DNA from: Macrostomum lignano
Lineage: Eukaryota
Reading direction: 5' to 3'
DNA: 64,000 nucleotides
Assembly: GCA_002269645.1 (NCBI GenBank)
Contig: NIVC01001442.1
Coordinates: 122,323 to 186,322, forward strand
In this document: positions 13,475-24,217 of the stretch, piece after piece
Layout: the number at the start of each line of letters is the position of its first letter
Position numbering within the stretch: the stretch's first letter is position 1
The notes under the pieces: generated by a model
Told to the model about the DNA's origin: nothing
Databases searched by the model: none
What the model saw: the letters and a program-made list of their open reading frames with translations, nothing else
Position numbers and translations under genes: made by a program

Positions 13475-13800
13475 CTCCTGCCTATGGTCGAAAGACACCA
13501 TGATCGGCACAAGATGGAAAGATCGAAAGATACCGTGATCGGCACAAGACAGAACGATACGCTCCTGTCTATGGTCGAAGGATACCATGATCGGCACAAG
13601 ACAGAACGATACGCTCCTGTCTATGGTCGAAAGATACCACGATCGGCACAAGACAGAACGATACGCTCCTGTCTATGGTCGAAGGATACCATGATCGGCA
13701 CAAGACAGAACGATACGCTCCTGTCTATGGTCGAAAGATACCACGATCGGCACAAGACAGAACGATACGCTCTTGTCTATGGTCGAAAGATACCACGATC
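13475..13800. repeat. 52-bp tandem repeat (about 6 units)
   Basis: CTATGGTCGA recurs at 13621 and 13673. Confidence 0.9.
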
Positions 13801-13867
13801 GAGATGGAAGGTCCAGGCTTTTCATTTGAAAATGATAACAACCATACAGTCTGACTGCCCCACTCAC

Positions 13868-13943
13868 GCGTGCCATCGAATCTAGTGGCAATCGTGTCCA
13901 AGAATGTGTTCTGCGGAGCCAGGAAGCCTCTTCGCTGCAGCAT
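13868..13943 (-). CDS. Elk: Elk-family K+ channel, first coding exon ([25 protein letters not shown])
   Basis: ATG at 13943 and GTGAGT donor at 13867; 76 bp. [22 protein letters not shown] is the Elk (KCNH3/4/8) N-terminal cap. Splices in frame to 6515. Confidence 0.95.
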
Positions 13944-15227
13944 CGCGGCAGACTTGGCGCAGTTGCTTAATGTCAGAGCTGGCTGTGGCTTCACCCGGGA
14001 GTAGAGAAGGACTCTATAGAAACATATGCTATGCTAAAACTAAATGAAATAGATATTCCTCTGGCTGGCTTGTATGCTGGCTGTGCTGGCTGCGCTCGGG
14101 TGCCAAGCTCGACTGGCCGCGCTCTGGCTATAAAGGCAGATCTTTTTTGGAGCGGCGCCTTTGAGGGGAATCGGAATGGGGAAGTAGTTAGTAGTACGAG
14201 GGATCGGATGGGGCCCCGGGGCAGGGGACGGGAGAGAGGAAATTCGACGGCTTGGCTTAGGTCGCCTTTCTCACTCACCAAAAGGAAGACTTCCTCTGAC
14301 TGGCTCGCCGTGGCGACAAATCCCAATTCATGGGACATTGGAGACGATTGGAACAAGCAGAAAATAAATCCCCTTAAGGCAAAAGTCTATAATATTTAAG
14401 TACGTTCTTCGTTCTTTGATAAAATTTGATGACTTAATTTCATTTTATTTCTTCATACTTTTGTAAGTAGCGTGACGTGCATTTTTTCTCTGCATGGTTT
14501 TCTTTCAAAGATATGCCTTCACACGATGGTGGTTACAGAATTGGAAAATTCGCAATTGGATAAACAAACGGAGCGTCACCAGTAGCAAGCAAGCCCAGCA
14601 GTATTAAACAGGAAATCGGAAATTAACTCGTTCCAATATCAAAGTCCGACTTGCTGCTTCCATTGCAAACTGTTTCAAATTTGAAAGATTAGAGAGCGAT
14701 AAACAAGGAGGCATTCCACTTTATGCTGAATTAAGTTTAACTCGTGTCGTGATAGATCTAAAAAAATATCAGTCTAGCAGGCTAATGCGCTGTTAGGGGA
14801 GGTATCAGAAAACCATACTCGACCCTGGATAGGAAAGACCCCAATGCGATACAATAAACTGAATTGCTGAAACCCTTCTAACCTTTCTACGTTCCTTCGT
14901 TGTGCCTTCACTTACTTGTCTTTGTTTTGCCAAGAGGGTCAGCCAGGGGTCTGAACTCAACCCCCTTTCTGGTCAATTAATTGCAGTGTACACTCACGCT
15001 CCACTCAGCGGGGTTTGACCTAGACAGGGTTTTAATGTACGGCCTCACTGTACATTGGCTCCGGCGTCACAGTCATCCCTCCAACCGCCCTTTATTTTCT
15101 TACTTGAACAACACAAACTGGTTTTCAAGAGTCAGTCGCAACCAACTGTATTTAATCGACCCAACCAATACTTAAGAGGCCAGGCCAGTTAGAATCAACA
15201 CTGGATAAATTATTAATTAGACACGCG

Positions 15228-16256
15228 ATGCAACTGTTAGTGACAGCTCTGATGCTATGCACCTGCACAGCTTTTGCCTCTAGCACTGTTCTGCGTTTTA
15301 ACAGCAATCCCAACCGCGATTGCAACCAGTCGCCGTCAGTCTGGTGCGGCTCTGACGATGTCGCCGAAGCGTGCGGAGTTTCTAGCCAGTGCCGATCTGC
15401 TAAACGAGTGCAGAGGACGGCCGCCGAGCCGGTGGAGGTGACCATTTACATGGAGTCCCTCTGCCCCGATTGCAAGGCCTTCTTTAATAAGCAGCTGTAC
15501 CCCGCCTGGCGCAAGTTGAACGCCTCCGGCATCATGATGGTCGACGTGGTGCCCTACGGCAACGCCAAGGAGACTATCAAGGGCCACCGATGGATCTTCG
15601 AATGCCAGCACGGCCCAGCTGAGTGCGAGGGCAACCAAGTTGAGACCTGCGCCATTGGACTGCTGAATGACAAGCCAGACCGCTGGATGGCCTACCTGTC
15701 CTGCGTGGAGGAGCGCTCCACCGCCGACAACATGCTCCAGGTGGCGGAGCAGTGCGCGGTGGCGCTCAACATCAGCTGGGACCATATCAACACTTGCTCT
15801 CACAACGAGTGGGGCGACAAGCTCGAGCACTGGATGGCCGAGCGAACTCGAACTCTCAATCCGCCGCTTCAATACGTGCCCTGGGTCACCATCAACGGGT
15901 GAGTAGTTTGAAAGCGATTTCACTCTGTCGTTTCTATTGGCACTGTATACACGTCACACGAGCCACTATTGGACGAAACAATTGTCACGTGACTGTTGTC
16001 TCGGCCAATCAATAGCGTCTATCGGTTTGTGTGACGTTATTGGCTCATAGAAGTCACGTGACAATTGTTTCATCCAATAGGAATGGCCGTAGAGTTCACC
16101 TCCGTATACCTAACATCCACCTCCCACCCGCAGGTGCACAACGAGGATATCCAGAAGCAGGCCGAGGCCAACCTTCTCCAGCTAGTCTGCTCCACCTACA
16201 AGGGCGCGAAGCCAGCGGAGTGCACCCAGGCCGTGGCCTCTCGATGCTACAAGTGA
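15228..16256 (+). CDS. IFI30: GILT (gamma-interferon-inducible lysosomal thiol reductase); exons 15228-15898 and 16134-16256
   Basis: Hydrophobic signal-like N-terminus, active site ESLCPDC (CxxC), signature CQHGPAECEGN, YVPWVTING and C-terminal LVCSTYKG.KP..C. GTGAGT donor; CTAAC branch point and CAG acceptor. The junction is 1 nt out of phase as assembled. Confidence 0.92.
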
Positions 16257-16494
16257 CGGCCTTTAGCTCGGCCTGCCAGTTTCCTCGAGTAAACTTAAGT
16301 AAACTGTCGCTTACTAATTACTAAATGTACTTTCTGATTGTCTGTCTCGTTGATTTTTTTACGTTTCAACAGCAAATTGTTTGTCTTTAATTACAAAAAC
16401 GAGCTACTTTCGATTAACAATACATTGATTAATTTTACTAGCCTAGCCTTTATTTATGCCGTGGTAATTATTTTGATGTAATGATGACAAACTC

Positions 16495-16500
16495 AATAAA
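16495..16500 (+). promoter_or_regulatory. Candidate polyadenylation signal for GILT
   Basis: AATAAA about 240 nt after the stop; the AT-rich context makes chance occurrence possible. Confidence 0.4.
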
Positions 16501-16779
16501 TTAATTACTTTGTTACACCTATCCTACTAATGCCAATTCAAGCTAATGTTACCCGGTTTCTGTCCATTTGCGACATTAAATCAGCTGTCCTATTAATATT
16601 ATTATTATTAATCCAAACATGCGGCTATCTACTGTCAGTAATGAAGTATGCTTTTTATAATAATATATTATAATACCGGTTAAAACTTTATTGTCAGCGG
16701 CAATTCTCTTGTCTGAAGTAAATCTTTTTTGTTGAAGGAAGAATTTTTATAATTTGATTTAGATGTTATAACTTGATAA

Positions 16780-17410
16780 TGTGCCTCACTCCCTAACCCA
16801 GCCCTTGCTTAGCGCCCTACTATGGCTGCCTCACTCCCCAACCCATTTGCTTGGCACCTTACTAGATGCCTCACCCTCTAACCCAGCCCTTCGCTTGGCG
16901 CCTTACTATAGCTGCCTCACTCCCCAACCCACTCCTTTGCTTAGCGCCTTACTATAGCTGCCTCACTCGCCAACCCACTCCTTTGCTTAGCGCCTTACTA
17001 TAGCTGCCTCACTCCCCAACCCACTCCTTTGCTTAGCCCCTTACTATAGCTGCAGGGTGTCCGCGACCTGGAAAAACCTGGAAATTGATATTGAATTTCG
17101 CGCGGACACCCTGATAGCTGCTTCACTCCACAACCCAGCCCTTCGCTAGGCACCTTACTTAATTGCCCCACTCCTTTGCTTGACGCCTTACTATAGCTGC
17201 CTCACTCCTTAACCCACTCCTTTGCTTAGCGCCTTACTATAGCTGCCTCACTCGCTAACCCACTCCTTTGCTTAGCGCCTTACTATAGCTGCCTCACTCC
17301 TTAACCCACTCCTTTGCTTAGCGCCTTACTACAGCTGCTTCACTCCACAACCCAGCCATTCGCTAGGCACCTTACTTAACTGCCTCACTCCTTTGCTTGA
17401 AGCCTTACTA
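16780..17410. repeat. ~46-bp minisatellite (CCTCACTCCCCAACCCACTCCTTTGCTTAGCGCCTTACTATAGCTG)
   Basis: Direct periodicity; interrupted by the 61-bp element at 17053. Confidence 0.9.
17053..17113. mobile_element. 61-bp miniature TIR element
   Basis: Perfect 13-bp TIRs CAGGGTGTCCGCG/CGCGGACACCCTG; 7-bp TSD ATAGCTG (17046-17052 and 17114-17120). Neighbouring repeat units show the empty site. Confidence 0.85.
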
Positions 17411-17919
17411 GCTGTATCACCTCACAACCCACCCTGCAGGAATCTTCCATTCTGAGACACATAACACAGAAAATAGAAAACGGAAAAGCACAGAACATGT
17501 TTTCGGAAATCTCCCAGATGTTTAAACTGCACGCATAAACTGTCTCTCTGTGAGAGTGCATTTATAGCAGTCTAATTATCTCCACTTTAGCCTAACACTG
17601 AAATTGTAGGAAAGAGCGAAGTATTCTAAACTGCTAGCACAGGAAGCAGCCGTCATGCCACCTGTGCCGACTGACATGCCTAAAGCATCTGTCTGTCGCA
17701 AATTAGCGAAGGACTGACTCTTCAGAACATATTTTAAGCCCAGTTGTAAATTAGATGCCTTTTCTGTTCTGCTATATTTAGAGGCTCGGAAAATTTATGT
17801 CACGCAGAAGTGTCAGTCGTGCTTCATTACGGAGAATTTCGGAATTGAAAACAAAGCATCAGTATCTAATGATACACACTGAAATCCTGTTCCATAAGTA
17901 TTAAAATCAATTTAATTTA

Positions 17920-18825
17920 TGCCTCTCTCACTCCCTACCCTATTCCCATGCCTCTCACTCCCTACCATATTCCCATGCCTCTCACTCCCTACCATATTCC
18001 CATGCCTCTCACTCCCTACCCTATCCCCATGCCTCTCACTCCCTACCCTATCCCCACATGCCTCACTCCCTACCCTATTCCCATGCCTCTCTCACTCCCT
18101 ACCCTATTCCCATGCCTCTCTCACTCCCTACCCTATCCCCATGCTTCTCTCACTCCCTACCCTATTCCCATGCCTCTCACTCCCTTAACCTATCCTCATT
18201 CTACTCTCACTCCTTACCCTATTCCCATGCCTCTCTCACTCCCTACCCTATTCCCATGCCTCTCACTCCCTACCCTATCCCCACATGCCTCACTCCCTAC
18301 CCTATTCCCATGCCTCTCTCACTCCCTACCCTATCCTGATGCCTCTCTCACTCCCTACCCTATCCTGATGCCTCTCTCACTCCCTACCCTATTCCCATGC
18401 CTCTCTCACTCCCTACCCTATTCCCATGCCTCTCTCACTCCCTACCCTATCCTCATGCCTCTCTCACTCCCTACCCTATTCCCATGCCTCTCTCACTCCC
18501 TACCCTATTCCCATGCCTCTCACTCCCTACCCTATTCCCATGCCTCTCTCACTCCCTACCCTATTCCCATGCCTCTCTCACTCCCTACCCTATCCTCATG
18601 CCTCTCTCACTCCCTACCCTATTCCCATGCCTCTCTCACTCCCTACCCTATTCCCATGCCTCTCACTCCCTACCCTATTCCCATGCCTCTCTCACTCCCT
18701 ACCCTATTCCCATGCCTCTCTCACTCCCTACCCTATTCCCATGCCTCTCTCACTCCCTACCCTATTCCCATGCCTCTCTCACTCCCTACCCTATCCTCAT
18801 GCCTCTCTCACTCCCTACCCACTCC
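17920..18825. repeat. 27-29-bp pyrimidine-rich minisatellite (CCCATGCCTCTCTCACTCCCTACCCTATT)
   Basis: Direct periodicity. Confidence 0.95.
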
Positions 18826-18939
18826 GCACACCTCCACCTCAATCCCTCTCCCCATCCCTCATCCTTACTCTCTTATCTCTCTCACATCACGTATCCACGT
18901 CACCATCTACCATCTCCCTACACGCCTTCAGTGGTCTCT

Positions 18940-19434
18940 TCAAGCATTCTCAGTTGCTTCAATCTGTAGTCTCCTTGCTGGCCTGCCTGTCGAGCCGACT
19001 GTGCTTAATGTGGCCAAAGTCGAGCTGGCCAGCTTTACGGAAGACCACTGACGAGTCCGCTGCCCTGCGAGCCAGTTTTGTAAGGCAATGCGCCTTTTAT
19101 TTATCCAAAAACCGCTACTCAGCCGTCGCTGCTGAGCGATCGGACTCTTCTTCAAGGCCACGTCCCTCTGGAGCGGCAGGTTAGCAACCAAATTTCGTCG
19201 ACTACCGTTGGTGCCGTTGAGAGCGCTATGCAGAATCAGCAGCGACAAGGTGGCGGCATAGGCGACAGCTGCCAGCAGAAATAGCAGACGAAGTTGACGG
19301 CTCGCAGGCAGCACCGAGCTGCACAATTCTGCTAGCGGTAGGTTAGAGCTCTTCTGACTGAGTTGCTTTGCCTCCCAGTATCCCAGTCTAGCGACCTGTC
19401 TACCCAAGTGTCTTGGTGCCCTCGTAGCCGTCAT
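18940..19434 (-). CDS. Possible exon or ORF (164 aa) with one hydrophobic segment; function unknown
   Basis: ATG-initiated, non-repetitive, GC-richer island between two minisatellites; LLFLLAAVAYAATLSLLIL is TM-like. No recognised motif. Confidence 0.3.
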   Translation of the reverse strand: MTATRAPRHLGRQVARLGYWEAKQLSQKSSNLPLAELCSSVLPASRQLRLLFLLAAVAYAATLSLLILHSALNGTNGSRRNLVANLPLQRDVALKKSPIAQQRRLSSGFWINKRRIALQNWLAGQRTRQWSSVKLASSTLATLSTVGSTGRPARRLQIEATENA

Positions 19435-19451
19435 CAGTTGTTATAGTTTCC

Positions 19452-21455
19452 TGTTGTCCCAGGTGTCTTATTGTCCCAAGTGTATTTTTGTCCCAAGTGT
19501 ATTTTTGTCCCAGGTTTCCTATTGTTCCAGGTGTCTTTTTGTCCCAGGTTTCCTATTGTTCCAGGTGTCTTTTTGTCCCAGGTGTCCTATTGTTCCAGGT
19601 GTCTTTTTGTCCCAGGTGTCTTATTGTCCCAGGTGTCTTTTTGTCCCAGGTGTCCTATTGTTCCAGGTGTCTTTTTGTCCCAGGTGTCCTATTGTTTCAG
19701 GTGTCTTTTTGTCCCAGGTGTCCTATTGTTCCAGGTGTCTTTTTGTCCCAGGTGTCCTACTGTCCCAGCTGTCCTATTGTCCCAGGTGTCCTATTGTCCC
19801 AGCTGTCCTATTGTCCCAGGTGTCCTATTGTCCCAGGTTTCCTATTGTTCCAGTTGTCCTATTGTTCCAGGTGTCTTTTTGTCCCAGGTGTCCTATTGTT
19901 CCAGGTGTCTTTTTGTCCCAGGTGTCCTACTGTCCCAGCTGTCCTATTGTCCCAGGTGTCCTATTGTCCCAGCTGTCCTATTGTCCCAGGTGTCCTATTG
20001 TCCCAGGTTTCCTATTGTTCCAGGTGTCTTTTTGTCCCAGGTGTCCTATTGTTCCAGGTGTCTTTTTGTCCCAGGTGTCCTATTGTTCCAGGTGTCTTTT
20101 TGTCCCAGGTGTCCTACTGTCCCAGGTGTCCTACTGTCCCAGGTGTCCTATTGTCCCAGCTGTCCTATTGTCCCAGGTGTCCTATTGTCCCAGGTGTCCT
20201 ATTGTCCCAGCTGTCCTATTGTCCCAGGTGTCTCATTGTCCCGGGTGTCCTATTGTCCCAGGTGTCTTATTGTCCCAGCTGTCTTATTGTCCCAGCTGTC
20301 CTATTGTCCCAGGTGTCTCATTGTCCCGGGTGTCTTATTGTCCCAGTTGTCTCATTTTTCCAGGTATCTTATTGTCCCAGGTATCTTATTGTCCCAGGTA
20401 TCTTATTGTCCCAGGTGTCCTATTGTCCCAGGTTTCCTATTGTCCAAGCTGTCCTATTGTCCCAGGTGTCTCATTGTCCCTGGTGTCCTATTGTCCCAGG
20501 TGTCTCATTGTCCCGGGTGTCCTATTGTCCCAGGTGTCTTATTGTCCCAGTTGTCTCATTTTTCCAGGTATCTTATTGTCCCAGGTATCTTATTGTCAAA
20601 GGTGTCCTATTGTCCCTGGTGTCCTATTGTCCCTGGTGTCCTATTGTCCCATGTGTCTTATTGTCCCAGGGTCCTATTGTCCCATGTGTCTTATTGTCCC
20701 AGGTGCCCTATTGTCCCAGGTGTCTTATTGTCCCAGGTGTCTTATTGTCCCAGGTGTCTTATTGTCCCAGGTGTCCTATTGTCCCAGGTGTCCTATTGTC
20801 CCAGGTGTCTTATTGTCCCAGGTGTCTTATTGTCCTAGGTGTCTTATTGTCCCAGGTGTCTTATTGTCCCAGGTGTCTTATTGTCCCAGGTGTCCTATTG
20901 CCCCAGGTGTCTTTTGTTCCAGGTGTCTTATTGTGCCAGGTGTTTTATTGTCCCAGGTGTCTTATTGTCCCAGGTGTTCTATTGTCCCAGGTTTCTTATT
21001 GTCCCAGGTTTCTTATTGTCCCAGGTGTCTTATTGTCCCAGGTGTCTTATTGTCCCAGGTGTCTTATTGTCCCAGGTGTCTTATTGTCCCAGGTGTCCTA
21101 TTGTCCCAGGTGTCCTATTGTCCCAGGTGTCTTATTGTCCCAGGTGTCTTATTGTCCCAGGTGTCCTATTGTCCCAGGTGTCCTATTGTCCCAGGTGTCT
21201 TATTGTCCCAGGTGTCTTATTGTCCCTGGTGTCTTATTGTCCCAGGTGTCTTATTGTCCCAGGTGTCTTATTGTCCCAGGTGTCCTATTGTCCCAGGTGT
21301 CTTATTGTCCCAGGCGTCCTATTGTCCCAGGTGTCCTATTGTCCCAGGTGTCCTATTGTCCCAGGATATCCTATTGTCCCAGGTATCCTATTGTCCCAGG
21401 CATCCTTTTGTCTCAGGTGTCCTATTGTCCCAGGTGTCCTATTGTCCCAGGTGTC
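19452..21455. repeat. 17-bp minisatellite (TGTCCCAGGTGTCCTAT)
   Basis: Direct periodicity; explains the long Cys/Pro ORFs in three frames. Confidence 0.95.
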
Positions 21456-21813
21456 TTTTCTCAGGGGTTCGAACGTCGTCTTTGGGTTTCCAACACGATT
21501 GAGAACTTTCATTGCCCTTCATGCCAAGAATTAAACAATACTAAAATATATCAATAAAAGGAATGCCATACCAGACAAACGACATTGACCTGTTTGTACA
21601 CACATGAGTTTACAGCGGGGATTTATCAAAGACTGCAGATGCTTCAGAGACATTTGCAGAGGATCACATCAGTGCGCAACTTTGTAATCGGTCAACTTCG
21701 TCTAGATATTGAATCGAGCGGTTTCACCCCTGCTTTGCGTGCTTAGCAGCCAATGAGTGAGCCCAAGAGCTTCTTTAAAGGGATGCATCAAAGATTTGCT
21801 AGATTGTCGATTG

Positions 21814-22281
21814 GCCGATCTTGAAGGCGGCGCGCAGCAGGCCATGCAGCGTGCACCGCGTCAACTTGTTGCTCGAGCGACTCCGTCAGCGTCCAGGTCT
21901 CGGCGTTGTACAGCAGAACGGTCTCGATCACCGCCTGGAACAACGCCTCCCTCTGGCGGTCAGGCAAGGCCTCGGACTGCAGGACTGCCCGCCTTCAAGA
22001 TCGGCTACGAGCGAGTGACCAACGCGGCTTTGTATCACCGCGCCGGCCTGGTCCGTCCAAGCGACCTGCTGCGTCGTCGGCTACTCCAGCTGGCAGGCCA
22101 CATCATCCGCGCTGAGTCGTACTGCCCAGAGCCGGTGCAGGAGGTGCTGCTGCTGACTCGTTTCGTCGACTGCCTGCTGGCTGACGCCGGCGCCCCGGAT
22201 TCGGCCGGCGGTGTGGCGTTCATTCGCGACCTGGCCTTGAGGCGCGCCCTGTGACGCTAACTGCGTATTCTGTTGTTGTCG
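21814..22281 (+). mobile_element. RTE-type LINE 3' fragment with an inverted 5' segment
   Basis: 21814-21988 reads AVLQSEALPDRQREALFQAVIETVLLYNAETWTL on the - strand. 21989-22254 reads AFKIGYERV..LAGHIIRAESYCP on the + strand, followed by a (TTG)-rich tail. 11-bp TSD TTGTCGATTGG at 21804-21814 and 22282-22292. Same family as 4501-6136. Confidence 0.88.
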
Positions 22282-22971
22282 TTGTCGATTGGGTTTAAAA
22301 GGCGATGGGTCGTTGAATATCCTGCCGGCATCGGAGCAAAACTTAGTAAAACTACAACAGAATTTAAGTCCATTTTACTGGGAAGTAAAGCATGAATTTA
22401 TTGCACAGAGATTCAACTATCAAGTGTATTTCATCGCTAAAATTTCTCGTTGAAATCAGTAAACAAAAAGAGGCACACAAAACAATAAACTCTTGTTAAG
22501 TACTCAGACCATGAAGTCCATCTAGCCCTCGACGTTAAACATCAACTTTAAAAAGTTAAAAAAAAATTTATGACAAAAAGCAAGATTAAAAACTTACGCA
22601 TGGACCAGCAGTAATGGAGAATGATGGGTCCACTGCGAACGGAGAAATACAACATGAGATCAAAACATCAATCCTCCAGCTTTTATGACATTTTTTAAAA
22701 AGAAACTTCAACGTAACAAAAAATCTACAAAAACAATATTGGTAGGATAAAACTCCGGTGGATAACACAAAAGTACAGGAAATCAGATCAAAAAAGCAGC
22801 GCGCAGTTATCGGGGCAAAAAGGTGCAAAATTAGACTTTAAAATGGTTGTTGGCTCAGCAGAACTATCTATTTAAAGAGATAAAAACAAAATAGAAAACA
22901 GTAAAAGACAGGAAGGTGTCAACAGAATAAGTTTTGCTCAATTAGCAATTGAGAGGCAGTGCTGTGCCTGA

Positions 22972-23320
22972 GGGGTAGAGGTGGTAGACTACTGAACGAT
23001 CAGGGGTAGAGGCGGTAGACTATTGAACGATCAGGGGTAGAGGCGGTAGGCTACTGAACGATCAGGGGTAGAGGCGGTAGACTACTGAACGATAAGGGGT
23101 AGAGGCGGTAGGCTACTGAACGATCAGGGGTAGAGGCGGTAGACTACTGAACGATAAGGGGTAGAGGCGGTAGACTACTAAACGATCAGGGGTAGAGGCG
23201 GTAGACTACTGAACGATCAGGGGTAGAGGCGGTAGACTACTGAACGATGAGGGGTAGAGGCGGTAGACTACTGAACGATCAGGGGTAGAGGCGGTAGACT
23301 ACTGAACGATCAGAGGTATA
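22972..23320. repeat. 31-bp minisatellite (GGGGTAGAGGCGGTAGACTACTGAACGATCA)
   Basis: Direct periodicity. Confidence 0.95.
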
Positions 23321-23882
23321 GAGCCGGGCGGTTTGGGCTGCTGAATGCAGAGTCGAGAAATTGCATTCTCCCAGAGGAAGATACCATTACTAAAGTATAA
23401 AGAGACTCATACGCTCCTTAAAGTAAAGCGCCAGGCCATGAAACTAAGACACATTTTTTAAATCAAGCGCAATAAACTGGCCCCTTCAACAATGAAGAAT
23501 TGGTAGCAGAAGAAATAGACAGGCTCAAATGAAGCAACAGGCAAGTATGGACTATTGAAATTTCAATTCTAGTGGCACTTAGCTATAGAATATTACACAC
23601 CTGCTTATGCGAAGCGTTCTAAGGCCTCGTATGGCCAAACGACCGTATTATATAAGCTAAATGACAGTTTGCAGTGTGGGGAATAAGGGGCTTTTAACTT
23701 GCCTACTACCATGATCAAAATGGCACGACTTCAATCTACAGTTAGCAAAAACTCCCTCTTTTCCCATTGCTTCGGACGATCTTAATGAGACTTTAGTGAA
23801 ACAAAGCGAGACTCCATGAAGCAATCCCCATACAAACCAGCACGAGAGATGTTAAGGAAAACATTGCCATAGACTACGACCT

Positions 23883-24073
23883 TATAAGCCATAGACTATA
23901 ACGGATCATCCATTTTAGCTGCCGCTCTTTTGCCTAGGTGACAGTCACGATCACAGTTTTTAGCATCTGTGGTCACTATTCACACGCAAATTAATCGGTT
24001 AGTTTACATTCAGTCTTTTACTCATAGGCGGCGTCTCATTTTGCTTCTCTATTCATATAGTCTATGGCTTATA
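23883..24073. mobile_element. Short MITE-like remnant with 18-bp inverted repeats (TATAAGCCATAGACTATA)
   Basis: IR at 23883-23900 and 24056-24073. Confidence 0.5.
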
Positions 24074-24217
24074 CGGGCTATGGCCTATGGCCATGTTTTT
24101 ATGGTCGATCGATGCCAGTTTCGACCATAGACAATAGGTGCCTGTACCAAACAGACTGAGAGCCACAGACGCGACTGAGATAGCGTGAGAGCCACTGTTA
24201 CATCCATTAATTTCTAT

